A DNA stretch of 64,000 bases from Candidatus Tayloriibacteriota bacterium (GCA_016215405.1 JACRJQ010000005.1:11560-75559); one strand, 5' to 3'. Shown: positions 35,037-44,771, counted from the first letter of the stretch. A program made the numbers and translations. The notes: generated by a model from the letters alone, not told the origin.

Positions 35037-35921
35037 ATGAAAGGCACGATGGATAAGAGAGGATTCACCCTCATAGAGCTCCTGGTCGTGATATCGATAG
35101 TCTCGCTCCTCTCGAGCGTCGCGCTCGCAAGCCTCAATTCCGCTCGCGATAGGGCGGACCTAGCCGCAGGGAAGAGGTTCGCTGCCCATGCCAGGTCGGC
35201 TTTGGCCGCGAAGTCGGCGAATAACGCGCCTTTGGTGTATCTGACCTTCGATTCGGGATCGGGTGCTTCGAGCATCCTCAATTCGGGCCTGCTCTCGGGA
35301 AGCGTGGGCACCTGGAACGCCTCTTTTCAAGCCGACAGCTCTCTTTACGGGACCGGCCAGCACATGAGAGGCCCGACCGCGACCCTCTCGTACCCTCTAG
35401 TCTGGGCCGAGAGCGGCGGGTCGCGCATCGGACAGGCCATATCGGCGCTCGATTTCACGATGTCTATCTGGTTTAACCCGAACGGGAGCTCCTACGCCTC
35501 TGCCTGTGGCGGGCCGTGCAGGATAATATCGAACGCTCAAGACGGCAACAACACCTCTATGCGCATAACCACATCGGGCGCTATAACGTTCCTCATAGAG
35601 GGCACGCAGGTGCTCTCCTACGCGCTCTCGCCGAAGGATTCCTGGTATCACCTCGCGTTCACCTCCGCGAACAGAGGGTCGACCATCGACGTCGCTCTCT
35701 ACGTCAACGGCAGACAGGTCGCCACGGCATCCCGAGCGACGCTCTCTTTTTCTGCTCCGGTCTCGAACATATCCGTCGGAGGCGCCTGCTGCTCGAGCTA
35801 TGTCCTCCCGAACGCCCTCTATGACGACGCGGCGTTCTTCGATAGCGCCCTCCTCGCGAGAGATATACGCGAGCTCTATCTGGCGGGCGGCGGAGATAGG
35901 GAGGCTTTCGCCCGCAGGTGA
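35037..35921 (+). CDS. Type IV pilin-like protein with C-terminal concanavalin A/LamG-like domain
   Basis: Prepilin signal KRGFTLIELLVVISIV (cleavage G|F, E+5); C-terminal LamG-like beta-sandwich (SIWFNPNG...WYHLAFT). Confidence 0.7.
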   Translation: MKGTMDKRGFTLIELLVVISIVSLLSSVALASLNSARDRADLAAGKRFAAHARSALAAKSANNAPLVYLTFDSGSGASSILNSGLLSGSVGTWNASFQADSSLYGTGQHMRGPTATLSYPLVWAESGGSRIGQAISALDFTMSIWFNPNGSSYASACGGPCRIISNAQDGNNTSMRITTSGAITFLIEGTQVLSYALSPKDSWYHLAFTSANRGSTIDVALYVNGRQVATASRATLSFSAPVSNISVGGACCSSYVLPNALYDDAAFFDSALLARDIRELYLAGGGDREAFARR

Positions 35922-35966
35922 CTCGCCTCGGGCTGAAACCAAGGAGTTCTTCGACTCGTAGTTCTA

Positions 35967-36584
35967 ATGCAGGTCGCATTATCAGGCTATAACCATCGAA
36001 ACAGGATTATGAAAAATGCACTGCATTCGAACATCAGGATACTGGCGGCAGGCACCGTCATCGCGCTCATATCGGCCTTCGCGTTCCAGACGAACGCTCA
36101 AACGGTAACGGGCGGAGTGACGGGGACCCTTTCCGCTACGAGCACTTCGGCGACCTCGACCGAATTCGCGCTCTTGCAAGGAAGGATAGACGGCCTCGAA
36201 AGCGAGGTGGATGTCCTCCGAGCGGAGGTCGCGACTCTGCGGGCAACCGTGGCGCTGCTCATGGGGCAGATCGGCTCGGGCGGGACCGGCGGTAGCGGGA
36301 CCACCACGGCCACTACGAGCTCGTCCGTGAGCGTGAGCCCTCAGGGCGCTTCCGTGAGGGCCGGCACGTCCATCGACTTTTCAGGGCGAGGCTTCTGGTA
36401 TGACGAGCCGGTGAGGGTAACCGACGCATCGGGCGCCGTCGTAGGCACGGCCAGGGCGGACGGGGGCGGTAATTTCTCCACAGGGTCGCTGCCCGTATCT
36501 TCCGCGACGGGCAGCCGTTCTTACACCTTTACAGGGGGTTGGAGCGGCATGTCGAAGACGGTCTCATTTACAGTCACTCAGTAG
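35967..36584 (+). CDS. Hypothetical secreted protein (signal peptide, coiled-coil, Gly/Thr-rich beta domain)
   Basis: Likely start at internal MKNALHS (36009); signal peptide ending AFQTNAQ; heptad LESEVDVLRAEVATLRATVALL. Confidence 0.45.
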   Translation: MQVALSGYNHRNRIMKNALHSNIRILAAGTVIALISAFAFQTNAQTVTGGVTGTLSATSTSATSTEFALLQGRIDGLESEVDVLRAEVATLRATVALLMGQIGSGGTGGSGTTTATTSSSVSVSPQGASVRAGTSIDFSGRGFWYDEPVRVTDASGAVVGTARADGGGNFSTGSLPVSSATGSRSYTFTGGWSGMSKTVSFTVTQ

Positions 36585-36846
36585 CGACGGTCTCGGCGCA
36601 CGAGAAGCCCTCCTCGTAATTCGCGGAGGGTTTTTCGCGCTTGTAAAGAGACAAGCAGAGAAAGGCGCGCGTAGTATAGGGGTCGACCAAGCGGCAACTC
36701 ATTACAAGATCAATCCAACAGAAAAATGGCACGAAAAAACTCTAACGGAAGGAACCGGTCTCGATCGAGATCGGCGTCCCGTCCGAAAAGCGATTCCCGA
36801 CGACGATCGGAGGCCCAGAGGGAGCGCGAGGATATGAATTAAAAGA

Positions 36847-36876
36847 AAGACCGCCGGCCCTTGGGCCGGCGGTCTT
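36847..36876. terminator. Terminator AAGACCGCCGGCCC-TTG-GGCCGGCGGTCTT
   Basis: Perfect 14-bp hairpin downstream of minus-strand gene 36888-37328. Confidence 0.75.
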
Positions 36877-36887
36877 ATTCGCGCCTC

Positions 36888-37328
36888 CTAGAGGGCGCTT
36901 CGTCTCTTTTTTCCGAGGTCTGCGAATACGGTCGCGGCGAGGGCGATGATGACGATGTTCTTTATGATGTATTGGCCCTCGAGCGTCGGCACGAACGCCT
37001 GAGACCAGGTCATGTCCGGTAGGAGGAAGAGGGGCATTATGGTCGTCACCATGTGGACGGCGAGGAGGCCCATTCCGACCTTCTCGGCGCGAGGTATGAC
37101 GAACAGGATGCCGATGAGGACCTCGAGGAGGCCGAGGCACACTATGAACGTATCGGCGGACATGGGCAAGATGATGCCTAAGGTCCTGCCGAAGAGGTCT
37201 GAGACGAGGGGATTCGCCGGCGAGAGGCCGAAGAGCTTGAGCGACCCGAACCAGACGAATACCACGAATAGGGCGAAATGGGCGAATAAGAACGCGTTAT
37301 ACTCCGTCTTTTTCATTCCTTGGTTCAT
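36888..37328 (-). CDS. Inner-membrane protein, DUF417(YkgB)/DoxX-like
   Basis: 146 aa, 4 TM, VVFVWFGSLKLFGLSP motif. Confidence 0.4.
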   Translation of the reverse strand: MNQGMKKTEYNAFLFAHFALFVVFVWFGSLKLFGLSPANPLVSDLFGRTLGIILPMSADTFIVCLGLLEVLIGILFVIPRAEKVGMGLLAVHMVTTIMPLFLLPDMTWSQAFVPTLEGQYIIKNIVIIALAATVFADLGKKRRSAL

Positions 37329-37342
37329 GCCGTTATTGTAGC

Positions 37343-38263
37343 TTATTTAGCGTGGAGGTGGACGTAGATGTCCTCGAGGGCCTTTACGGCGTCTCCGGCG
37401 GCGATGTTGTTCTGATGGTAGAGGCCGTCGGTGCAATCGCCTGCGGCCCATATGCCCGACGTCGAGGTCGCTTGGGTGCGCGGGTCGACCATGATGCGCC
37501 CGAACGGGTCGAGGGCGACCGCCTCTTTCGCGAACGATGTCGTGGGGACGGAACCGATCTCTACGAAGATGCCCAAGACCGCGAGCTCTCGCGTCTCGCC
37601 CGAATCCTTGTCCTTATAGACGAGGGCGTTGGCGAATTTGCCGCCTTTGACCTCGACGGGGATCGCCCCGCGGAGAGCGTGCATCTTCGGGTTCGAGAGG
37701 ACTTTCTTTACGGTGACGGGATCGGCGCGGAATTCGTCGCTCCGGTTAAGGAGGGTCACCGACTTGCAATAGGCGAGGAGCTGGGCGGCCGATTCGAACG
37801 CCGCGTTTCCGCCGCCTATGACCGCGACGTCCTGGCCCGCGAACACCGGCCCGTCGCAGGAGGCACAATAGGTTATGCCCTTATGCTCGAACGCGTCCGC
37901 TCCGGGGACATCGAGCTTGCGGCGGGTCGATCCCGTCGCTATAAGGACGGTCTTCGCCTTGTACGAGCCTTTGTCGGTCGATATGTCGAATCCGTCTTCG
38001 GCTTTCGAGACGCCCTTCGCGAGCTCGCCCGCCTTTATATCGACTACGTCCGCGGCGTACGCCCTTAGGTGCGATTCGAGGGACTTCGCGAAGTCCGCGC
38101 CCGATATCTTTACCGTGCCTATCCAGTTCTCGATGCCTTCGGACACCGTCGATTGGCTCTCCCAGTCGCGGGTTATAAAGACCGTCTTAAGGCGCTTTCG
38201 GGACGCGTATACCCCTGCTGCTACTCCTGCAGGGCCTCCGCCGATGATCGCAAGGTCGTACAT
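37343..38263 (-). CDS. trxB: Thioredoxin-disulfide reductase
   Basis: FAD site IIGGGPAG, redox-active CASCDG, NADPH site VIGGGNAA, AAGDC. Confidence 0.9.
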   Translation of the reverse strand: MYDLAIIGGGPAGVAAGVYASRKRLKTVFITRDWESQSTVSEGIENWIGTVKISGADFAKSLESHLRAYAADVVDIKAGELAKGVSKAEDGFDISTDKGSYKAKTVLIATGSTRRKLDVPGADAFEHKGITYCASCDGPVFAGQDVAVIGGGNAAFESAAQLLAYCKSVTLLNRSDEFRADPVTVKKVLSNPKMHALRGAIPVEVKGGKFANALVYKDKDSGETRELAVLGIFVEIGSVPTTSFAKEAVALDPFGRIMVDPRTQATSTSGIWAAGDCTDGLYHQNNIAAGDAVKALEDIYVHLHAK

Positions 38264-38320
38264 AGTGGGATTAGTATAGCAGAGAAGGATGGGCGAGGTG
38301 CTCTAGACCTTTACGGGAAG

Positions 38321-38455
38321 ATATTTTCTTTTAGCCGATCCACGCTTTCTTTCCTGCGGAACTCGCGCCGTCGCGCTTCGTTAATCCCAACGAAGTAAGC
38401 GGACGGGGTATCAGAGAGAAGAAGGAAAAAGCCGCGCCTTAAGGCGCGGCTTTCT
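38321..38455. repeat. Intergenic repeat family copy R1 (between ftsZ and trxB)
   Basis: TTTCTTTTAGCCGATCCACGC...CTCGCGCCGTCGCGCTTCGTTAAT...GCGGACGGGGTATCAGAGAGAAGAAGGAAAAAGCC + hairpin GCCGCGCC-TTAA-GGCGCGGC; homologous to 47296-47450 and 44772-44930. Confidence 0.7.
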
Positions 38456-38466
38456 CGGTATGGATA

Positions 38467-39645
38467 TTACTTTTTCCTCCTAAGGAAGGCCGGGACTGCG
38501 CCCCAGTCGTCATCATCTTGGGAGATGGTAGGGATCGCTGACTTCTTGTCCTCGAGAGGGGACGCCTTTGGCTCGGGCCTGTCTTCCTTTATTACAGGGG
38601 TCGCCACCGCATTGTGTATCTTGCCTTTTGTCTCCTCCTTTTCCGGAGCGGAGAAGAGGGACTTCGCCTTTGCGGCGTGGGTCGCAGGGCCGTCGCCGAA
38701 TCCGGTCGCTATCACGGTCACTTTGACCTCGCCCTTCTTGAGCTTCTCGTCGCGGACGGTACCGAAGATGACTTTCGCGTTAGGGTCTATCGACTCGGTG
38801 ATTATCTTCGCCGCGTCTTGGATCTCGAACATGGTGATATCGTCGCCTCCGGCGATAGAGAAGAGGACGCCCTTCGCTCCCGCGATAGAGATGTCGAGGA
38901 GGGGCGAGGAGATAGCCATCTTCGCCGCGTCCTCTGCGCGCTTCTCGCCTGAGCCTACGCCGATGCCCATGAGGGCAGGACCCGCATTCTCCATGATGGC
39001 GCGGATGTCGGCGAAGTCGATATTGATGATGCCGGGGGTGGTGATGAGGTCAGAGATGCCTTCGACCGCCTGCTTTAAGACCTCGTCGCACATGGCGAAG
39101 GCGGCCTTCGCGGTCGTGTTCCTGTCGATGTTCGAAAGGAGCCTGTCGTTAGGAATTATGATGATGGCGTCGACTTCCTTCCTGAGGTTCTCGAGAGCTT
39201 GCTCCGCGATCTTCATGCGCTGCGCGCCTTCGAAGAAGAAGGGCTTTGTGACGACGGCTACCGTGAGAGCGCCGAGCTCCTTCGCTGTCTTCGCCGCGAC
39301 CGGAGCCGCGCCGGATGCCGTGCCGCCGCCCATACCGCCCGCGACGAACACCATGTCGGAGCCTTTGACAGCCTCCTGAAGCTCTTCCTTGGTCTCTTCG
39401 ATCGCCCTTCTCCCGATGTCGGGGTTCATGCCCGCGCCGAGGCCTTTGGTGAGATTCTTGCCTATATGGATCTTCTTCTTGGCGAGGGAGTGGTGGAGGT
39501 CCTGAGCGTCCGTGTTGACCGCGATGAATTCGACTCCTTTGACCTTGGAGTTGATCATGTGGTTTATGGCGTTCTTGCCGGAGCCGCCGATACCGAGGAC
39601 CTTTATCCTCGCGAACGTCTCTACTTCCGGTACGATGTTTGGCAT
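38467..39645 (-). CDS. ftsZ: Cell division GTPase FtsZ
   Basis: Tubulin signature GGGTGSGAAPV, T7 loop; start set at MPNIVPEV (39645) rather than upstream ATG 39708. Confidence 0.95.
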   Translation of the reverse strand: MPNIVPEVETFARIKVLGIGGSGKNAINHMINSKVKGVEFIAVNTDAQDLHHSLAKKKIHIGKNLTKGLGAGMNPDIGRRAIEETKEELQEAVKGSDMVFVAGGMGGGTASGAAPVAAKTAKELGALTVAVVTKPFFFEGAQRMKIAEQALENLRKEVDAIIIIPNDRLLSNIDRNTTAKAAFAMCDEVLKQAVEGISDLITTPGIINIDFADIRAIMENAGPALMGIGVGSGEKRAEDAAKMAISSPLLDISIAGAKGVLFSIAGGDDITMFEIQDAAKIITESIDPNAKVIFGTVRDEKLKKGEVKVTVIATGFGDGPATHAAKAKSLFSAPEKEETKGKIHNAVATPVIKEDRPEPKASPLEDKKSAIPTISQDDDDWGAVPAFLRRKK

Positions 39646-39795
39646 GAAATTAAAGGCTAAAAATGGTCGCGCGAGGGTAACTCGTTCGATTTGGTAAGGT
39701 GCGTACATGATACCAAAGAGCCCTCAAAATACAATAAGGCCCATATATCAGGCTCCAAACGGGGGGAAAGTCAAAAAGCCCCGCAGATGCGGGGT

Positions 39796-40971
39796 TTAAG
39801 GGAGGAATTGCTTGAACCAGCTTGCGATCTTCCTTATGGCCGTCGAGCCGCCTTTGGAGAGGCCTTGGTCGGCCGTGTCGTCGTTGCCGATGCCGAGGAT
39901 CGTGAGGCCGTAGGCGACGGACCACGATGCGTCCTTTATCCCGTCTTTGCCGGAAAGGCCCAAGGTCGCTATGCGGGAAGGGAGCTTGAGCGACGCCTTG
40001 GCGAGGTCGTCTATGGTCGCGAGGCCGGAGCCTCCGCCGGTAAGGATGATGCCCGCGGGGAGGAGGCCGTTGCGGTCTATCTTCTTGAGGTGAGCTTCGA
40101 TCAGGTCGAAGATGTCGGAGAGGCGGGCCGATATTATCTCGTCGAGCTTCTTTTTCGATATCTGCGCGTTCGAGAGCTGCCCGCGCTTGAGGCTCTCCGC
40201 CTCCTCGATAGGGAGTTTGAGGCCTAGGGCGATATCGTTCGTTATGTCGGTCGAGCCGATAGGGAACACCTCGAGCGAGACGGGCAGGTTGTTCTCGTAG
40301 ACGACTACCGATACGGTCTCTGCGCCGATGTTGGCGAGGAGGCAGCCTGCGACCTTCTGGTTCTTCGAAAGGCTGACCAGGGCAGCGGCGATAGGGGACG
40401 CGACGACGTCGAGGACTTCGATGCCGGCATCCGAGATGGCGTCGATTATATCGTCGAGGTGCTGAGAGAGGCAGGTGACGAAAAGGACCTTCGCTTCGAG
40501 CTTGTTGCCTTTCATCCCTTGCGGCCTCCCGAAGACGGGCTTGCCGTCGATCTTGTACGAGAGGGGCACGGTGTGGATGATGCGGCGATTGACCATCGAC
40601 GAGGAGGGGAGCGCGCGCTCCGCGGCGGAGACCGCCTTCTCTACGTCCATCTGCGACACCTCCGCGTCGCCTCGAGAGATGGCGACGGAGCCCGACGAAG
40701 CGACGCTCTGGAGGCTGATCCCTCCTATGGATATGAACGCCTTGCGGATCTTCGCGCCGGAGGCCTTCTCGGCCTGGGCGACCGCCTGCAAGACGGATTT
40801 GGTGACGTCGCGGGAGTTCACGATGTAGCCGTGGCGGAGGCCTTTCGATTCTGCGAAGCCCGCGCCTACGATACGAGGCATCGCGCGCGATTCGTCGGAG
40901 TCGCTTTCGGAAACGACGACTTTAACCTGGTAGGTCCCTATGTCTATTCCGGCTGCGATATGTTTTCTCAT
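39796..40971 (-). CDS. ftsA: Cell division protein FtsA
   Basis: Actin-fold N-terminus MRKHIAAGIDIGTYQVKVVV; start trimmed from ORF 41034. Confidence 0.9.
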   Translation of the reverse strand: MRKHIAAGIDIGTYQVKVVVSESDSDESRAMPRIVGAGFAESKGLRHGYIVNSRDVTKSVLQAVAQAEKASGAKIRKAFISIGGISLQSVASSGSVAISRGDAEVSQMDVEKAVSAAERALPSSSMVNRRIIHTVPLSYKIDGKPVFGRPQGMKGNKLEAKVLFVTCLSQHLDDIIDAISDAGIEVLDVVASPIAAALVSLSKNQKVAGCLLANIGAETVSVVVYENNLPVSLEVFPIGSTDITNDIALGLKLPIEEAESLKRGQLSNAQISKKKLDEIISARLSDIFDLIEAHLKKIDRNGLLPAGIILTGGGSGLATIDDLAKASLKLPSRIATLGLSGKDGIKDASWSVAYGLTILGIGNDDTADQGLSKGGSTAIRKIASWFKQFLP

Positions 40972-40978
40972 GAGAAGT

Positions 40979-41362
40979 TTAGATGCCGAACTCCTTGCGG
41001 AATTTCGCCTCTGTTCTCTCCATTGTAGCGCCATGGTCCATTCCTTTCAAATGCGCGAGGCCGTGCACGAAAAGGAAGGCGACCATATTCGCGGGAGTCC
41101 GTCCGAAATCCTTGGCCTGTCTTTTCGCCTCGAAGGGGTTTATGAACATCTCTCCTTCGCTCTCGTTTAGGGGAAAGGAGAGGACGTTGGGGATGTAGTC
41201 CTTGCCCTTCGTGCGGATGCTTATCTCGCGCGACTCCTCGTCGCCTACGAAGACGAGCGAGAGCTCGTAGCCCTCTCCGAGCATACGGTCCTTGATACGG
41301 GCGAAAGGCACGCGAGGGAGCGTGCCTTTGGTCTTGTTTATCAAAGAGAAGTTTGAAGCCAC
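40979..41362 (-). CDS. ybeY: rRNA maturation endoribonuclease YbeY
   Basis: Metal-binding HGLAHLKGMDH (HxxxHxxGxxH). Confidence 0.85.
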   Translation of the reverse strand: MASNFSLINKTKGTLPRVPFARIKDRMLGEGYELSLVFVGDEESREISIRTKGKDYIPNVLSFPLNESEGEMFINPFEAKRQAKDFGRTPANMVAFLFVHGLAHLKGMDHGATMERTEAKFRKEFGI

Positions 41363-41442
41363 TTTTCTAAGTCCGTCATCCTGAACCTGATTCAGGATCC
41401 AAATTCCTTGGATTCCGGATCGAGTCCGGAATGACAGAGAGA

Positions 41443-41697
41443 TTATCGCTTGCCTCGGCCGCGAGGAAGGTCTGGGTTGATCTTTCCGAGCTTGATCTGC
41501 TCGTTGCGGTCTTCGCGTCGCTTGATCGATTCGAGGGTCTTTATCTTTCGCTTGTAGTGCGAGAGGGTCCTCTCGTGATAGCGCTCTCCGCGGACGCGCG
41601 GGAGTATGCCCGAGCCCTGGACTCGCTTGGTGAATCGGCGGAGGAGGCCCAATGGGTTCTCCGTTCCGTTTCGAGATACTTCTACGTTCGTTGCCAT
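41443..41697 (-). CDS. rpsU: 30S ribosomal protein S21
   Basis: 84 aa basic protein with LRRFTKRV...HYKRKIK pattern of S21. Confidence 0.7.
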   Translation of the reverse strand: MATNVEVSRNGTENPLGLLRRFTKRVQGSGILPRVRGERYHERTLSHYKRKIKTLESIKRREDRNEQIKLGKINPDLPRGRGKR

Positions 41698-41873
41698 TCT
41701 GAAATCTAAAAAATATTAATTTAAACCGTCCTTCCTGGTCCCGCGAGGCACCGAATCGGGGCCGTTTGCGATAAAACTTACGAGACTTGTAGACCGATAC
41801 ATTACCACAAGGGCCCTATTTATTCAAGAAACTGAAGCTTTCGGCCGGCATAGCCTATCTGAGCCATAAAAAA

Positions 41874-41898
41874 GGTCCCAGACTCGCGTCTGGGACCT
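41874..41898 (-). terminator. Terminator GGTCCCAGAC-GCGAG-TCTGGGACC + T6 (minus sense)
   Basis: Perfect hairpin followed by TTTTTT on the minus strand after gene 41921-42517. Confidence 0.75.
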
Positions 41899-41920
41899 CG
41901 AAAGGCGTTGGGGCCTTGAC

Positions 41921-42517
41921 CTACGACAAGCTCACGAATTCCCATCCGTCAGGCTCGATATCGTGCACGCAATCGAGCGGGAAGGCGTCGATCTGTGTCG
42001 TCGTGAAGCGCACGAAGCGGATATCGCCGCGGACGTCCCGTAGGAAACATGCGTAGCGGATCCGCATGTCGCAGATATCGTAGAACTTCTTGAAGGTCGC
42101 GAGCGCGGGGATCTTGTCCGCGCCGATCTCTTCAAGGATGCTCTCCGCATCGAGCTTCTTGCGGAGCTTGCGCAGCGCGAGCCGCTCCGCTCTGACCTCC
42201 TTTTCGACTATGCCGTTGAAGGCTTGGACGAAGAGGGGATTGAGCTTCGCGTGTCGGAACGTCTCTTCGCCGGGGGCGAATTTGAGCTCGAACAGGTTGA
42301 GCCCTTGGACAGGGACGATCCGCGGCGGCCCGAAGGTCGGGTCTCCGCAGAGCCCGCTCTCCATGACGCGCTGGAGCTTCGCCTTGAAGGCCTTGCGGGC
42401 CTCAGGGTCGTCCTTGATGACGTCCTGCACGTTTCGGAAATCCACTCCGCGGATCTCCTCGATGACTTCGCGGGCGATCCCGAGGACCGCCCACATCTGA
42501 CCGATTGACATCTCCAT
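41921..42517 (-). CDS. Hypothetical protein (198 aa, no recognised domain)
   Basis: Coding-like ORF between hisS and rpsU. Confidence 0.45.
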   Translation of the reverse strand: MEMSIGQMWAVLGIAREVIEEIRGVDFRNVQDVIKDDPEARKAFKAKLQRVMESGLCGDPTFGPPRIVPVQGLNLFELKFAPGEETFRHAKLNPLFVQAFNGIVEKEVRAERLALRKLRKKLDAESILEEIGADKIPALATFKKFYDICDMRIRYACFLRDVRGDIRFVRFTTTQIDAFPLDCVHDIEPDGWEFVSLS

Positions 42518-42772
42518 GGTGTATCTCGCGCCTCGTGTACGCCCGTATCAGGTGCCTCGCCTCACTGTGCGAGAGCTTCTCCTGAGGCCGGGGTTCGACA
42601 TGGCTGCGAAACAAAGGCGCCTATGCCGAGGATAGGGGGCTTTGTTTCGCAGCCATACGGGGTTATCAATGTGCCTACTTATATATTATACCATATATAT
42701 AACTTTAATTCAAGTAACAGAGAGAGATGGGAAAAGGCCTGGCGCGCTTCGCGCGCCAGGCCTTTTTTCTCC

Positions 42773-44026
42773 CTAGACCCTGTACTTCTTCAACTTCGCC
42801 GCAGCTTCGGATATAAGGACCGTCTCTTGGGACCTTGTCTCGGCGTCGCGTACGATGATCGCGTTCTCCATCGCCTCCTTTTTGCCCATGATGACGACCG
42901 ACGGCGCTTGCATCTTCTCCGCCTGGCCGACCTGGCCCGCCATCTTGTCCTTCGCGAGGGAGTGGGCTACAGGGACCCGCGCCTTGCGCAGAGCCTCTAT
43001 GACCTTGAGGCTCTTGAGCTTCGCCTCGAAGCCGAGCTGCATGAAGCATATCTCCGGGTTCTGTATCTTCGCGATGGTCGATACCTTGAGATTCTCGCTC
43101 TTGACGGGCTTCTTGTTGAGGCAGATCGAGACGCCCACGGCAGGCAGCTCCTTCTTCTGGCCGAGCTTCTTCGCCAGCGCGTCGTAGCGGATGCCGATCG
43201 CGAGAGGGTGCGCCTTTGGATCGCTCGTGCGTATCTCGAATATGGTCTCGTCGCAATAGTCGCGGTTCGCGACGAGCGTGTTGTTTATGGAGTAGGGGAT
43301 CTCGAGGGTCTCGAGATATTCGAGCACCTCCTTGAAGTGCTGCCGAGACCTCTCGGAGAGGAAGTTTATGGAGCGCGGACATTCTCCGGCGAGCTTCTTG
43401 CAAGATTCATGCTCGCAGCCGAGAAGGGAGAACACGTCTTTCTTCATCGTCTCGCGGCACTTCTGCGGGAGGTTGGGGAGGTTCTTCTTGTAGTATGCCG
43501 CTATCTCGCGGGTGAACCTGGCGAGCGATTCCTTGTCGCCGATGGAGTTTATCTCCACATGCAGGTCCTTCTCGCCGGCGTCATCGAGCACGGCGAGGGA
43601 GGTCTGGATGAGGATCGCCTCGGCGATCGACTTGTTCGTGCCGATGATCTCGAGCCCGTAGTGGGACTCTTTCGGATTCGGCTTGCGCCTGTCTCCTACG
43701 AAAGGCTTCCTGTAGGCGAACATGAGGGGCTGGGAGAGCGTCCACATCTTCTCCTTCTCGTAGAGCCGCAGGAGAGCGATCTTTTCCTCGAGCCTCACAT
43801 GCGCGCCTTCGGCGTGCACGCTGCCGTCGACGACGATCTCGCCTTCGGATATCTTTCGAGCGTCCGCCGAATCGTCTGGGTGGATGTGAGGGAGGGCGAG
43901 AGGGGTGAAGCCGTAGAAGAGCGCGGCTTCGCCGACCTTGTCTACGTTCTCATAGGAGACGTATTTCGGCAGATCCATCCTCTTTCGCGCCTTCGCCCTT
44001 TTCTCCGCCTTTACTGCCTGTGACAT
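42773..44026 (-). CDS. hisS: Histidyl-tRNA synthetase-like class IIa synthetase
   Basis: Motif 2-like AYRKPFVGDRRKPNPKESHYGLEIIG, motif 3 GIRYDAL, C-terminal anticodon-binding SVVIMGKKEAMENAIIVRD; N-terminus divergent (HisZ-like alternative not excluded). Confidence 0.7.
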   Translation of the reverse strand: MSQAVKAEKRAKARKRMDLPKYVSYENVDKVGEAALFYGFTPLALPHIHPDDSADARKISEGEIVVDGSVHAEGAHVRLEEKIALLRLYEKEKMWTLSQPLMFAYRKPFVGDRRKPNPKESHYGLEIIGTNKSIAEAILIQTSLAVLDDAGEKDLHVEINSIGDKESLARFTREIAAYYKKNLPNLPQKCRETMKKDVFSLLGCEHESCKKLAGECPRSINFLSERSRQHFKEVLEYLETLEIPYSINNTLVANRDYCDETIFEIRTSDPKAHPLAIGIRYDALAKKLGQKKELPAVGVSICLNKKPVKSENLKVSTIAKIQNPEICFMQLGFEAKLKSLKVIEALRKARVPVAHSLAKDKMAGQVGQAEKMQAPSVVIMGKKEAMENAIIVRDAETRSQETVLISEAAAKLKKYRV

Positions 44027-44056
44027 ATCGGTTTGTTGAACGTTTATAAAAGGACC

Positions 44057-44710
44057 CTACTCCTTCGCTTCGACCGTGGTCGAAGCGACCTTTCCTGGCC
44101 AGAGGTCGAACCCTGAGAGGGGCAGGAGCCTCATGATGGGCCGGCCTACCACGTCGGATTTCGGCAAGGCGCCCCATACGCGCGAATCCGAGGAGACGAC
44201 GCGATTGTCGCCCATGACGAAATACTCGTCGTCCTCGAGGGTCTTCGTGAGGTCGCCGAAGGTGCGCGAGTGGATGTAAGGCTCGTTAAGGACGATGCCT
44301 TTCGGGTTATCGGCGTTCACGATCGTGACCTTGTCGTTCTTTACCACGACGGTCTCTCCGGGAAGGCCGATGAGCCTCTTTATGAAGTATTTCGAAGGGT
44401 CCTGCGGGTATTTGAATATGAGGACGTCACCGCGCTCTGGAGCCTTGAATCTGTAGGAGAGCTCGTCGACGATGAGGTATTCGCCGTCTGCGAAGGTCGT
44501 GTCCATGGAGGAGCCGTTCACGACGAACGGCTGCGCGACCCACATGCGGATCGGAAGGACGACGACGAGGGCGAGGATCGCGTAAGAGAGGAGCTCGCGG
44601 AAGAATCCGCTTTTCTTCGGCGTTTCGACGGTCGAGGTGGTTGGTGGGAGCTCCATGTAAAGGGTTCGATTGGTGAGGATAGTATAGGGGCGAGGTGAGG
44701 GTTGACACAA
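44057..44710 (-). CDS. lepB: Signal peptidase I
   Basis: Box B SMDTTF (catalytic Ser), box D KRLIGLPGE (Lys), box E GDNRVVSSDSRVWG. Confidence 0.85.
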   Translation of the reverse strand: MCQPSPRPYTILTNRTLYMELPPTTSTVETPKKSGFFRELLSYAILALVVVLPIRMWVAQPFVVNGSSMDTTFADGEYLIVDELSYRFKAPERGDVLIFKYPQDPSKYFIKRLIGLPGETVVVKNDKVTIVNADNPKGIVLNEPYIHSRTFGDLTKTLEDDEYFVMGDNRVVSSDSRVWGALPKSDVVGRPIMRLLPLSGFDLWPGKVASTTVEAKE

Positions 44711-44771
44711 TAGAATTTAGGGTGTTCTGGTGATAATCAGGCCATTTGTCTCTGTATTGAAGAATGAAAGA

